A DNA stretch of 64,000 nucleotides, taken from positions 324,538-388,537 of the forward strand of contig JAHDNF010000002.1 of the NCBI GenBank assembly GCA_018435605.1. The letters are read 5' to 3'. Below, in pieces: positions 1 through 15,000 of this stretch. The position numbers and the translations under genes are program-made. Source of the stretch: a bacterium. Its GTDB lineage: Bacteria; Auribacterota; Auribacteria; Auribacterales; Auribacteraceae. Within the stretch, counting starts at the first letter, position 1. Each line of letters begins with the position of its first letter. Below the pieces are notes generated by a model. The model saw only the letters and a list, made by a program, of their open reading frames with translations. It did not search any database and was not told the origin of the DNA.

Positions 1-3000
1 GATTCCACATCTTTAAATGTAATGGGTGCGTTCTGATAATATACATTATCGGCCGTACCTATATCTTCTTCGTGATACCCGCGTTCCCAGTCGCGGTATT
101 CGTGTTCAAACACCGCTTGAAGAACACGTTTGGCCTTAGCCTGTTCGAACGGCTCCATTTCAGCGACATACATTAATGTACTGAGATTCATATAAAAGGT
201 GCTTCTTGTACGTCCTGCGTGAGCCAAAGCTTCACCGCTATGGAAAACCCCATCCCAATCTAGTAACATGGTAAGAGAAAAGTCTGTTAATTTGTCAATA
301 TACGCCGACGAACGAAGCACGTCTAATCCCAGAATCAACGCATTACGAATACGTTCTTTGGCGACAGGCTCGGATAATTCACGGGTTAACCGCTGTTGTG
401 CCGCATCGGGAAGTTCGTCAAAAAGCATCTGAAGGTTTTTAGCCATTTGTTGAGGCGAACCTTCGAACAGCGGATTGACAATATCCTCGGCTATAGAGCG
501 TTGAAGGTCTTTGAGCTCCAAACGTACAGCCTTGCCTGCCTCTATGTTCTGCCTGATGATCTCATTGACATTGACAACATATTTACGTTTAAGATCGGTA
601 TCCGCCTCATCAATTCCCAGATCGAAATCCAAGTCCATATCCGGTTTAGATTTGACATCGATATCTCTGCCCGCCGGCAACGGTTCGTCCATACCGAATC
701 CCAGATCGAAATCCAAGTCCACGTCCTCAGCTTGTGTCTGAATTTGCGACAGCCGGACGCTGATAGGTACAACCGGCTCATCCAGCTCGAAAAATATTGC
801 TTTATCCGCAAACCGCCCGTATACCGCCATATCATTTTCAGAATTTAAATACCGGTCAAATAATTCACCGGTAAAAATGTCGTATAGACTTATTGTATCT
901 GACCGCTTAGAAAAACTTTCGGCAAGTGTCCGTATATTGATTCCGAATGTATCGTTGCTTATCAACGCCATATAATGCAATACCAGATCAGCCTGTTGAG
1001 GATACATCTGCAATACATCCCTCAAAACAGACGTAGATTGGATCAACGAATCATGGTCGAATATCCCTTCCGGCATTAAACTCTGGGCAATGATGTTGTT
1101 CACAGCTTCGGACAAACCGGCAAACGATTTCGTATCAATTTGTGCGCTTAAACTCATCACCTCTGTAACTACAGGGCCTCTGAACATAAACGGCACACTT
1201 TGTACAACCTCAGGCAAAGAATAAGTGGTAACCGATTTGAAAAGCCGGTTGAAATCGGCCAAACTCAAGGCAATATCCTCTCCGAGTTCTATACTTATCT
1301 TTTTAGAAGTTGCGGCTGTCAATTGTTCGAGTGCGGCATATTGAGCCGCGCCATCCTTTATGGCGCTAAGGAAGTTTACTATTGCGTCAATATGATTAGC
1401 GCCGATATCAGGATCAAGCGTCCGTTCGTCAATGAAAATGCGCGCAAGACCGGATGCTATATCGCTTAGTGATTGTCTTTCGTTTTCCGACAGTAGCGAC
1501 TGGCGGTATCTATTGGCAAGAAGTTCGTATATAGGCTTGAATCCCATGGCGGCAATGTGTGGAGGCACACCTACTTTCCGGCGAAACAGTTGAGAAAATC
1601 GGTCGAAAGTCATGTTGGTCTGCGCCAATATCGCATCCATAACAGCTTCACGGGCTTCGACCCCATGGGCATTGAAGAAAAGATTTATGAGATCGCCAAA
1701 CAGGTTTAAAGCGTCAGTGGTATCGCTGGTTATCAGCTTTGCAATTTGTTTTATCTCCTGATCCAATCCATCAGGTAGCTGACTTACGACGTTATCCGAT
1801 ATCCTGTCGTTAACCCGTGCAGGATCACCCACTATATTAAGTGTGTCTAAAAGATACATAGTCCCCTGCTGGCCGGTCAAAATGTTTCCGTCGGAATCCT
1901 GAACAGATACCACAAATTGATGCTGTTGGGCTCCTACAGAGAATCCTCCGAATCTCCTTAGCAATTCAAAATCGTTACCGTCGGCATCGGCAGAGTCACC
2001 TATTTTAAGTAATCGCTGGACATCAAGTTTCAATAAATCCGCTACTGTGGTTAGAACAGCGCCCTTATTGGTAAGAGACAATTCGACTTTATTGCCGGAA
2101 TGACGTCTTACCGCTACATTGTTAGCGCTAAGATAGTTTTTAAGTTCCGGTTTTTGATCGAGAAGAGTTTTAAAGTCATCAATATTCCTATTTAAGAATA
2201 ACGAATAGCGGGCGGCAGACAATTCTTCCTGTTGAATTCCGAATTCACCCAGCAGATCGCCGGCAATTTTTTCTTTCATATTGTGCGCCAGCCTCAAATT
2301 CAACGCGCTCGTTTCGATCATTTTTTCTTTATCGGTCGACGCATAACCGTAAGCCCCGTTTTCGACAAACACGTATAAATTAGGATGTTCGATACCGCGA
2401 ATATCCGGATCGATTTGATTTTGCGTACGGCCGGTAAGGATAACTACCGGAACACCCGACTCTACAAGCCGGCTGATACGCTCTTTCATTTCCGCAGAAA
2501 GCATTTGTCCTTCACCAACCAAAGTGCCGTCAAAATCTAACACCACCGCATTGTACATAGAATCGCGCACATGCTGTTTATAACGATTTATCACTGCGTC
2601 GAACACATCTGAGCCGACTGCCGATCTGATCTGATCAAGATTATAATCCGTAGCGTCAAGCAAATTACCGCTGAGCATATTATCGATCATCAATAAGAAT
2701 GCGTTGTACGGCTGATCCTGTTCATTTTTCAACGTATAGCGTTGTGCTATATCCAGAGGTATTCCCCGCAAAAGTTTGTTTATATTACTTATATATTCCT
2801 GTTGCGCAGGCGGTATCCGGTCTGCCGAGACGCTAAATACGGCTTGTAGTTCAGCCTGAGTCATAAGCCTATTATCGACCGCTATTGACTTGATCAATTC
2901 GTCCGGTGTTTTTACAGCAGGTTCGACTCTGACAACCGCAGAATTGGCGCGTTCCTTGGCGTCACGTATAGCCAACAATTGGCTTAGATAAGCGTCAAGC

Positions 3001-6000
3001 TGGCTTGCGCCGCTATAATCCGCAAGATTGGTAGTTCTGTCGCCTTCTTCATACAACACTCTGCCTGCACGGTACAACACACGTCCATTTTCTGTTCGGA
3101 TGTACTCTTCGAGTTTACCCATTACTTCTATTTCAGTGGCGTCATCTATCCGATCCTGTTTGAACGCCCATTCTTCACCGGCGGCAAACCGCGAAGTATT
3201 ATAGAGATACGAGTATACATCGATATCAGGATGGTCTACTGCCATCATTCCCATAAACAGCAGATTCGCAAGCCCTTTATGTCCGATATCTACAAACCGT
3301 ATAGAGGATACTCCTTCATTTACTCCGGAATACTCGTATATGATCGGTGCTATCAACTCCTGCGCGGCGAGAATATTTTCTCTGATATTAGAGATCAGTT
3401 CGAGAGGCGTCACCTTTTCAGGTTGGGATGTAATAGGGTTGACTATGGTTTCGCTCCGCAAAAACGATTTTTGCGCCTGTAATTGGGCGAGCGCAGTTTC
3501 AGGGGATTGTGCTGTGGCAATGGTTTTGTACATTTCCATGAAGCGCCGTGCCATTTCTTTACCTTCAACAGCATAGTCTGCTTCCATATCCGATTCGTTC
3601 ACACCCTGTTCGCGCGCCATGGTTCGCTGGATTTCATGGTATATCATAGTTACAACTGTTCGTATTTGAGGCACGTGTTCTTCGAGAAATGTCCTTCCGG
3701 CTGGAAGCAGATAACCATCCACATCGCCGCGCAACGCACGCTGATACAAATAAAATATGTCGCCGTCGCGGGTGAGGTATACCGGAGTAACATTTTCGCC
3801 CGGGGTGTTATAAAGCATGGATTCGATAAAGTCTCCAACCCGTTTAGCAGACTGCTCATAAGAATCAAATTTTGAGAATCCTTCTTTGAAACGATCTATA
3901 AAACCGGCATGATCAGGATAGAATTGTTTTGCTTTGTCACTTCGCAATCGTACAAGCTCTTTGACTTCGGCTTCGGTAAATGTTTCTATGCCGTCCATGG
4001 AATTGAGAAGCATATCTATTTCATGACGTATTACTGCCTGATCCATAACGCGGTCTTCCGATTTCGAAACGCCGAAAACAGCGAACGCCAGCCCAGCCAA
4101 CGGAATATTTTTACCATTATTTTGTTTAGATACACGAATAGTCTCCAGATCGGCAAGCAACTGTGAACGGCTGATATCAGGCATGAAATGCTGTACCGTT
4201 TCAATAACCGCTTGAATTTGCTTTTGCGGATAACCCAGAGGAACAAGATACGCCATTATATCCTGTACTATATCAGCCTGTTGATCGGGCAAGGCGCCGA
4301 GTTCCAAACCATCTTTGAGTTGAAAAGCGTCCAACTGATCTGAAGAAACCTGTTTTTCCGGCTGTATAGCCGACGAAGATTTGTCGCCGAATACAGCCGA
4401 TACGATATCGGCATGACGTCCTCCGGCAAACTGTATGATTTCACTGTACATCTGTTGCACAACAGCCTTATCGAAAAGCGTTATTACAGTTTCGCCGTCA
4501 AGCGTATATGTACTTCCGGAATCGACAAAGTTTTTCAAGTTCTGCATAGATTCCCGCACAACTTCCGGATTCCGGTTTTCTCGAATATTTTCTATCCATA
4601 TTCCTATCTGCCTCATTATATTGAGATTGTCCTGTTGAGCCTGCTTCAAAGAATCCGGAATATACCTGTTAAGCGGTATGACACTATCATTAAGAAGTGC
4701 GGAAAGGCGTTCATTCAATAAATCGGAATAATTACGCGGGGTTTGGGCTATTTGTTCAAGTCGAGTGCCGGCGGAAACTTGTGAGTCATGAAGCAACTCG
4801 TCATGCAACAGCCCCATTTGATAAGGATGTATACGCGATTGCCCGAAAATATCTGCGACCGCAACAACGCGCGCAGTAACAATGGCATCCATTACAGCTT
4901 CTTTATATTGCGCAGTAAGATTCTCAATCCTCAGCGCCGGAAAATATTCTCTAAGAAACTGTGTCAAAATCTGCGCGTTTTCGCCGGTTATGGGAATATC
5001 TCCCTTGAGCATCTGATATATGCTGTTATCATGCCGAATTTGCGCGGCTAGTTCGGAACCGGTTAGATGTTCGGTTCGGCTGATGGCATAACGCAGGCTA
5101 CCGACTTCCCTCAGTGACAGCAATTCAGACCAGTACCGGTCAATATGTTTTCGATAAACTGCAAGAACCGCGCCGTCAGCGGCGGAAACAGCTCCGTCAA
5201 GAATGTTTGTGCCCTGCGATTTTGCAAACCCTACGGCCTGCAAATAAGCCGCCATACGCGCTACTGTATTTGAGCGTTCGGCGTCATTAAGCGCAATCCC
5301 TTTCATAACAGCGTCGATAAAATCGAGCATTTCATTGGCATGATGTTCGTTATGATATGTAAGTATATCCCTTTTGCCGGATGGGTCTGTAATTTGTTCG
5401 ATGGCAAACAATCGAACCATTTCTAAGCGGGAATTTTCAGGATACGACTTCAGCGCAATGCCGGCAGAGGTTAAATCAGAGCCGGTTCTTTGCGCAACGA
5501 TATTTTCTACTCTACGTTGTTCCTGACGCAGATAAACATCTTCCATTGCGCCTTTACCGAACACATCTTCGAGGCTTTTAGAAAAAAACACTATCGCATT
5601 ATCGAAGGATGTGTTTGTCAACATCTGTTCAAGAGATGATCTAGCAATACTACGGATTTCAGCGTCACGGTTGGTCTGAGTGATTTGAACTAACCGCCTG
5701 ACGACTCTTTCTTTTTGCTGTTCTGTCAATGCGGATGCATAGCGTGAACTGAGTTGACCTAGCAGAAAAACATCCGTCCGGTTCAGTTCAATTTCCGGCG
5801 ACATCAAGTAATCAAAGCGCCGTGAAATTTTGTTTTTCGGACTATCCATTATATGTTTTGCGACCATGGTATCCCAGAAAGACAATTCTATAGGTTTGAA
5901 AGATTCTATAACCTTCTGAGACGCAACGAACGGCTCGGCGGCTGTAGCTACAGCCAGTTTTTTATTGACCTCTCCATTGTTAAGTATTTGGTGTAATTTA

Positions 6001-9000
6001 ACACTACTTTTTGCAACGTCAGCGGCGCTGTCGGCACGTCCCTGAATAACAGAAATATCCCGCGCTCTAAATTGCGGTTCAATGGTAGAGAAGTCGAGTT
6101 CGATCATACCTGTGCTGACTACAGGACGGGAAGTAACCATTACAGCCGGTTTGCCGTCTTTTTCAGTCAAGCGGTCTCGAAACTGTTCATACTGTTCGGA
6201 GTTGACTTTCATGATAGGGCCGTGTATGAAAAATCGCGCGGCGTATTCCGGTTCGAGTCCCAAGGAAATTTCAAGAGGTTGCGCTCCTTCGACGGGAATG
6301 ACTATTGTTTCCCTATCCCTGATGGCTTTTACCGATATGGCTGTCCGTGGGGGCGCGCGTGGGTTGACGGATGTCAAAATAACGTCGCCGGTAACTTCGT
6401 CTCTGCTGATAACAAAATCTATTACATCTTCGCCGGCCACAAAGGAAATATCCAGAGCGCCTTCCGCATCTGGGCTTGAGGGTAGTTTGCTACGATCGAT
6501 TTTAACGGAATCCTGTTGCAATTCATAGGGAACGTGGATATCCGGATATTTCACCAGATACACTCCGTCAGCCCGTTCAACCGCAACAGCGGAATTGCCG
6601 GCGGTTTCTTGAACGAACCCATCTTGCTCGCGTAACCGGTCATACTCGGATTGAGACATCATGCGAAAACCGGGCGCTTTACTGCGCAACATAGCAACAT
6701 CGGCATCGGATAACCGCAACGCACGGTCGCCCATATCGTTAAAAAACCGTTCCACAGCGGCTTGAAGTCCTGCGATATTTTCTGTTTCTGATATGATACG
6801 CAAAGACTCGTCAATCAGCTTATCTCCTATCGCCATACCCCATTCAAAATTGGTTGCGCCGACATTGTTTCCGTCAAACCGGTAAATAGTGAGTTTTTTT
6901 GTTTTAGAATTCCACTCTGCCTTTGCGTATTCGTCGCCGCCTACGCGGAATGTGCGCAAGACATCTTCGTCAGGCTGTGTTTGCAAGATATAATTTACCA
7001 GCCGTTTGAAATTTTCGTTGCCCTCGAAAATATATTCTGCCTGAATATTCGGTGACTCATACCGCACAAAGGTCTCGACAATTCGATCATTGAGCTCCGC
7101 CAGTAGCCACGGTTTCTGTGCTTTTTCAATGGCGTCCAGATAATTGTCGGTCAGGCTTTCTATGCTGGTATAGCTTGTATACCGAGGCGCAATGGGAAGA
7201 TGAAATATCTGGTATTCGTTTTTAAGTCCGATATTGAGGTTTTCCAGTATTTGGCTTTCTGCTTTTTCAGAATAGGTCATGATACCGCTACGCATTACTT
7301 TGCCGGCATCCTGTACTACCTGTTTGAACATATCTACCAGATCGCGGTCGGTAAGTTTGTCTTTACCGGACAAGGCCAGAGCGCGAGTTGTCTCGTATAA
7401 AGAGCTGAATTGCATCTGCTGATGTTTGGCAAGTATGAACGCCTGATTATACAGCTGATCGGTAGACTCGGCCGCTCTATGTATACGCGCTTCGTCTACG
7501 ATACCTTTTTCGCCTCGCAGTACATCGGTGATTCCTCCATACATATGTATATTGGCAGGCAAAAATCCTTCGTTCATTGCGGAAGCTATAGCGCCGTAGC
7601 GTTCATTGCCGAGCAAATCATGCAAGGCGTTTTTAGATTCATCAACTACCCGTTCTTTAAACGACGAATCCGGACTTTCTATAGCAGAGCGCAAGAACCC
7701 CGACACATCGACGTTGCCCACATTAGTAAACGTAACAAAATATTCCGCTCCCGCGTTTCCTATATCTACTGTAATTCCGTAAGGCGAAAGCATTTCATTT
7801 AAACTCTGACGCAAGACATTGCTTATCACCTCAATTCCTACATCGCCGAGCATATGACCTACCCCGAGTTCGGAACCGAATGTATTGAAAACCCCTTTAA
7901 AATTTTGAACTTTAAGATAAGCCAGCTGGACATCTCTGCCCTCGGATATTTTTTTGATGGTATCTTCTTTATGAGCACGAACATTCTGGGCGTATTTCGA
8001 TGTTCTAGAACCGTTGACAACATTACTGACAAACGAGAACCGCCACAATTGGTCGCTTCGAATCATATCGGAATTGACGGCCGCTCTGGGTAACGCCTGC
8101 ATTTCCTGCTGTAACTCCACGGGATATGTAGACTTGCCTTCGAATTCACCGCGATTTGCTATTAGATCAATAAGAGAGCTTCGTATATACCCCGCGTCGC
8201 GTATATCGTTTTGTATAACATAATTTAAAATGGTAGCAAGGTTCGTGTACCCATCACCGAGTTGAGTAATGACATTCAGAGCCGCCGCCTGACGGTTTTT
8301 GCCTGCCTGCGGGTCAGGATTTTTTGCCCATATATCGATAAATGACTGAACTTGATTTTCCAATATAAACAGTTCCTGAACCGCCGGATTGATAGGAGTA
8401 ATTTTAGGATTGATGCTTATGCCTCGCAAACGCTGGCGGAGCATGCCCTGCTCGACTTCGATGCGCAGTACGTCGTCGTTTAGCATACCTTCCGTAAACA
8501 GGTTAATATCGACCACTACGGTATTGGGCTGGGCGGTCACTTTGTGGCGCATCTGCACACCGTCTACAAATTCAAAAAAAGCATTTTTGTATTCCTGCTC
8601 CGTAACCTTGTGAACCTGCTCGAGTTCCTGAGATATACGCTGAAGCCGCGAACGTATATCGTCCCTGCGGTCAAAATCGTAACCGTATTCTGCGCTGAAA
8701 ACTATATTGCCGGAAATCCGTCCCCGGCCTACTATAGGTCTGCCGAGAATAGGAATGACCATATTCATTCGCGCGTTGATCGCTTCTTTGAAATCGGAGT
8801 CTGTAAAAATCGTGGACACAACGTTGCGAACAATTTCGCGTATATCCGGATTAACGGTTTTGTTATATGCAAGAGCAAGCAAATATACGCCTTTACTCTT
8901 TTGTTCTGCCGACAGCAGATGAGGGTAGGAAGTCAATATTTCACCGAGCATATATATATCGGTTGTATTGAGTAAATCGTCTTGCGCCAGCAACAGCGCC

Positions 9001-12000
9001 GCACGCCGTGCCATTTTGTCCTGATAGCTTTCAAGAATATAATCGGCGATCATAGAATCCCACGAAGAGAACTCTATATCCTGAAATGACACCATTCCCT
9101 GTGCTGAAGCGACAAAAGGACTACCGGCATGCAAATACGCCAGTTGCGCGTTAACTTGTCCGTCGTTCAATATTTGATAGTGTTTGACAGCTTCTTTCGC
9201 ATGATCAGCCGCTGTGTCGGCGCGCCCCTGTATTACAGATATGTCTTTATTGCGAAACTGATCGTCAACTCCTGATAAATCCAGATCTATATACCCTGTG
9301 CTGACAACAGGACGCGATGTAACCATCACCGCCTGTTTGCCGTCTTTCTCGGTTAGGCGGTCGCGAAGGCGGTCGAACTCCTGTTCGTTGACAGTCATAA
9401 TATCACCGTGAATAAAGAAACGTGTAGCATACTCATGTTCAAGGGTAAGGGAGATGGTGATAGGTGTTTTTCCTTCGACAGGAATGGTAATAGTTGCTCC
9501 TTGTCGAATCTGTTCTCCGGTTATGCCGGTTGCAGGAGGAGCTCTAGGATTTTTGGATGTTAAAATAACACCGCCGGTCGCATCGTCACGGATTATGACA
9601 AAATCGACCGCCTCGTCGCCTGCCCTGAGAGTTACCGGCATGGCAGACGCATCTTCCGAGTCAAGGGGTAACGTACTGCTGTCAACCTTGACTTGATCCT
9701 TCTGTATAACGTACGGAACATGGATATCCGGATACTTCACCAGATCGAAATTCAAGCCCCGTTCAACCACAACAACACTGTTATTGGCAGTATCGCTGAC
9801 AAAAGTACCCGCTTTTACCAAGGCGCGATATTCGGATTCGTTCATCAAACGGAAATTGGGAGCTTTGCGTTGTAGTGTCTGCATTTCCTCTTCGGTAAGT
9901 GTTAACGCCCGGTCGCCCATATTGTTGAAAAAGTCTGTTACCGCAGACTGGAGTTTGCTGACATCTTTTATTTCGGAAATGATACGCAAAGATTCATCTA
10001 TGAGTTTGTCACCTATTCGCATACCCCATTCGAAGTTCGTTGCGCCGACATTGTTGCCGTCAAAACGATAAATAGACATCTTTTGAGTCGCCGCAGACCA
10101 TACAACTTTGCTGTACTCATCGCCTCCTACCCTGAATGTGCGGTCAATATCAAAAGCGGGCGATTCCCTCAGAATATAATTTATTACACGCTTGAAATTT
10201 TCATTGCCCTCATAGATAACGTCGGAAACGAGATTGGGCGAATCGTATCTTAGCATAGTTTCCAATACACGGTCGTTGAGTTCCCGCAGTGTCAGCTCAT
10301 TCGCGCCTTGGTCTACTGCGTCGCGGTAATTCTTTACCAGCTGGTCAATGCTGGTGTAACTGTGAAAACGAGGGGCGATGGGTAGTTGGAATATTTGATA
10401 TTCGTTGGACAACCCGAGTTTCAGGTTTTCCTGTATATCCTGATATGTTTTCAAAGAATACACAGTCAAGCCACTTTTCAGGACTTTAGCGGAATCCTGA
10501 ACCACGGTCTTAAAAAGGTTAACCAGTTCATTTTCGCTGACAACGTCTCTTTGCATTTTCGCTTGATCGCGGACAGTCGCGTATAGATCGCTAAACTGCA
10601 TCTGTTGATGTTTGGCTAAAGCGAACGACTGGCTGTATAACTCATCGGTAAGCTCTGCCGCACGCCGAGTCCAATCCGCGGTACTAACCCCGGTAAAACC
10701 GGTTTTACCGGGTAACACTGCGGTAAGACCGCCGTACATGTTTACCCGTTCAGCCATAAATTTAGAGTCAATATCCTGTTCGATACCGGCGTATTGTTCG
10801 GCTCCGATAATACTTTTGAGAGCGTCTTTGGTTTCCTGAACGACCATTCGCTTGAATTCCGATTGAGGGTCTTCGAGTATATTGCGAAGTACCGACTCAA
10901 TATCGGTTACGCCGACATTGGAAAACGTGAGAAAATATTCAGCTCCTGCATTGCCGATATCAACGGTAACGCCATAAGAAGCCAATTGTTTTTCCAGTTC
11001 TTTTTTCAATACTTTGCTGACAACAAAAATGCCTGCGTCGCCTAATGTATGTCCAACGCCAAGCTGTGCTCCCAGAGTATTGAAAACATCTTTGAAATTC
11101 TGTATTTTCAGATATGCCATCTGCACGTCGCGACCATCTAATATACGATCGATAGTGGTTTCCTTATGAGCCCGCACATTCAAAGCATATTTGGATGTTC
11201 TAGAGCGACTTACAAAATCGCCGATTTGAGTGTACTGAAGGAGATTGGCAAGACGCTGAGTCTCCTGAGGAATAATATCCAGAGCTGTCGAATAACCGTA
11301 ATACGACAAATGTTTGCGAACAAGTTCGGGGTATGTTGTATTTTCCTGTAATTTCGGAGACACTATCCGGTCTATTAAGGTATCCCTGATTGAAGAGGCA
11401 GATGAAATTTCGTTATCAAGAACACTGCGCAATAAAGCAGGAAGACCCTCATATATACCGCCTAATTTTTCCAGCGAAGCAATAACATCTTTCTGTTTAG
11501 CGGCTCCAACGGAAGAATCGGCATGAATATTGGCGATATCAATAAACGATTGCACATATCGTTCTAAGATAAACATCTCGCGCAATCCGTGGTCGATATC
11601 GGCTACTTCAGGTTGCATGGACAACTTATCCAATTGCATGCGTATAAGACCCGATTCAATTTCCATCATCAGGAGTTCTTGATTAAAAACCGAGTCTTCA
11701 AACAAATTTATATCGAGTACCAGCGAATTGGTAGCGGATTGAACACGCTGAGCAATCGTCGGGTTTTTCACCAATTCGAATTGAACCGAGTTATAGACAG
11801 ATTCGGTGGTTTTATTTCTCAGTTCGAGTTGTTCACCAATCTTTAAGAGCATTTCTCGGATACGATAGCTTTCTTGTGAGTTTATGTTACTTTCCGCATT
11901 AAAGAATAGTCCTATTCCGGCTGACCCACGCGCAACAACCGGATTGCCTATAATCCTTGTCAACTGAGACGGACGTGTGGATACTAGAGCGGCAAACTCA

Positions 12001-15000
12001 GGATGTTCTACGATATCGGTCAACGCGCGGCTGATGAGCTGGCGGGTTTGATAACTCACGTCCGGCACCCATGCGTCCATGAGGCGGTTAATTACTGCCA
12101 GTTTGGTTTCATCATCCATTCGGCTATGAAAATTTAAGGAATATTCGCGTAGCATTGAAATGTCCGTAGGATTCAAAGGAATATCAGGATTAAGCAGATA
12201 ATTGAGGCGGTATTTGAATTTCTCAGACGGATTTTCAAGCAGAAATTGCGCTATCATGGTATCCCACGATGAGAAAACAGTTTCTTTGAAAGACACAAGT
12301 TCTTCAGCCGTGCCTATAAACAAATCCGCGGCATGACGAACGGCAAGGGCTGTATTTACCTGTCCATCGTAGAGTATTTGAAATGTCTTCACCGATTCTT
12401 TGGCTATATCCGCGGCTGAATCGGCTCGTCCCTGTATAGAGGCTATATCTCTATTAAGATACTGCGGAGCGATTTTAGATACATCTATCTCTATATATCC
12501 CGTGCTTACCACCGGACGGGAAGTTACCATTAAAGCGGGTTTGCCGTCTTTTTCGATCAGGTTGTCGCGGCGTACTTCGTAAGCCTGCTCGTTGATGAGC
12601 ATGATATCGCCGTATAAGATAAATTTAGGGCCGTATTCCTGCTCCATGTTGATCGTAATGGAAAGCGGCTTGCGTCCCTGAATAGGTATGAATATTTCAG
12701 CGCCGTTTTGTATTTGTTCCAGAGAAATGACGGTTGACGGAGGAGCCCTAGGGTTGACGGAGGTCAGAATAACCCCACCTGTAACTTCGTCGCGCACCAT
12801 CGTAAAATCGACTACATCGTCCTCAGCGCGCAGGGTAATCTGCATAGCGCCTTCAGCGTCCGGCGATAAAGGCAATTTACTGCTGTCAAAATGCAGGTTA
12901 TCTTTTTGCAGAATGTAAGGCACGTGAATATCTGGGAACTTAACAAGATAAAACCCGTCTTCTTTTTCTACCGCTACAGCCGATTTATCGGCAACGAGTT
13001 GAGAATAAGCGTCCGTGCCTCTTATCATTTGATAATCGATCTGTGAAATTATATGAAAATTGGGCGCTTTGCGTTGTAGCATTACCAGATCTTCATCGCT
13101 CAGCTTCAAAGCACGGCTACCCATATCATTGAAAAAACTCGCTATATTGTCTTGAAGTTTGGCTATGTCTTCCGTTTCCGATATGATACGCAGAGATTCG
13201 TCAATCAGCTTATCGCCGATAGCCATACCCCATTCAAAGTTAGTAGCGCCAACATTGTTGCCGTCAAAACGGTATATGTTCAGTTTTTTTGTTACGGCGT
13301 TCCATGTCACTTTGCTGTATTCGTCGCCACCGACGCGAAAAGTAAGATTCACATCATTTTCGGGCTGGGTCTTTAGAATATAATTAATTACCCGTTTGAA
13401 ATGTTCGTTGCCTTCCCAAATATCTTCGGTAGTTATATTAGGGGATTGATACCTAAGCATAGTTTCAAGCAGACGGCCGCGCAATTCCTGTGTATGCCCG
13501 TACAGATACCCTTTTTCAATCGCATAAAGGTACTGTTCGGATAAAGCGTTGATAGACCTATGGTGCTCATATCCCGGAGCAATTGGCAGATGAAATATCT
13601 GGTATTCGTTTTTCATTCCCAGTTGACTGTTTTCATTAATTTCCTGCATAGCCTTGTTAGAATAGGGCAAGATAGCGCTTTCCATTACCTTAGCCGCATC
13701 CTGTACAACCGGTTTGAACATATCCGCCAGTTGCACCTCAGTGGCATTAGAAACGGCCATACGCAAACGCGCCCTCACAGATTCATACTGTTGAGAGAAT
13801 TTCAATTGCTGATGTTTTGCAAGCTGGAACGCCTGACTGTAAAGCATGTCGGTTTTCTGCGCCGCGCTTTCTATCAATTCGGTCTCTGTCAGCGCGGATT
13901 CAGACGTCACGCCGCGCACAATTTCGGTCAGGCTTCCGTACATATGTATATTAGCCGGCAAAAACCCCGTGTTTAGAGCGCTTTCTATTGCCGAGTACGC
14001 CTGTGGGGACATCATCTCGCGCAGAGCCTGTTTGGTTTCTCTGACAACTTCTTTGCGGAAATCGGAAGATGGATTTACAATCATATCGTTGAGGACAGAG
14101 GTTATATCCACGGTTCCAACATTTGAGAAAGTGACAAAATATTCCGCGCCGGCGTTTCCTATTTCCACCTCTATGCCGTATGGGGACAAACGTTGTTCAA
14201 GAGCTTCTTTAAGTACTTTGCTTATAACCATAATACCCACATCGCCCAGCAAATGCCCGATACCCAATTCCGACCCGAAAGTATTGAATACTCCTTTAAA
14301 GTTCTGTACCTTCAAATATGCCAACCGCACATCTTTACCATCAAGTATGCGGCTGATGGTCTGCTCTTTATGGGCTCTGACGTTACTTGCGTATTTGGAA
14401 GTTCGGGACTGGCCGACCATATTCCTAAGCAAATTAAAATCCATCAGATTTTTCATATGCTCAAGATTATATTGAACATCCATGGGAGTCATAGATGCCA
14501 GCTCATTTTGAACTTCTACGGAATAATTGGATAAACCTGAGAATTGACCTTGATTAGTTATCATCTCGATCAACAAAGGCTGTACGGCGGTTTCGTACTG
14601 GATATTGTTATCGATAACATGGCGCAGTATCTTAGCGATAGCGGTATATTGGTCGCCCAAAGTCTTTTCCATAAGATCAACTACAGCCTGCTGGCGTGTT
14701 CTGCCTTCTTCAATTGAGGCGGAATGAGAAACTATGTCGATAAACGACCTTACATACTGCGTTAACGAGAACAATTCTATAGCCGCTGGGGACAACGGCA
14801 TCATTGTATCGGTAGCGCTCAACTGTTTTAAAGTCGACCTAACGACAGCCTGTTCAACCTCAAGGTCAAGCAAATCGGGATTGGCTTCCTTGAATAATGA
14901 AAAATCCAACAACACCGATCCGGCTTCCATAGACGACTTCTGAAAATTCGTCGGACGATCAGCAAGAGAAAACTTCAGGGCGCGGTACTGTTGTTCCGAT

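Noticed and set aside
540-848. Off-by-one inconsistency between the ORF track and my reading of the printed sequence
   Set aside because: The track peptides for 396..848 and 511..741 require an extra T at about position 540, and minus ORF 542..835 is shifted by 1 relative to my count. I treat this as a transcription or reading artefact, not biology; hand-derived coordinates may be +/-1.
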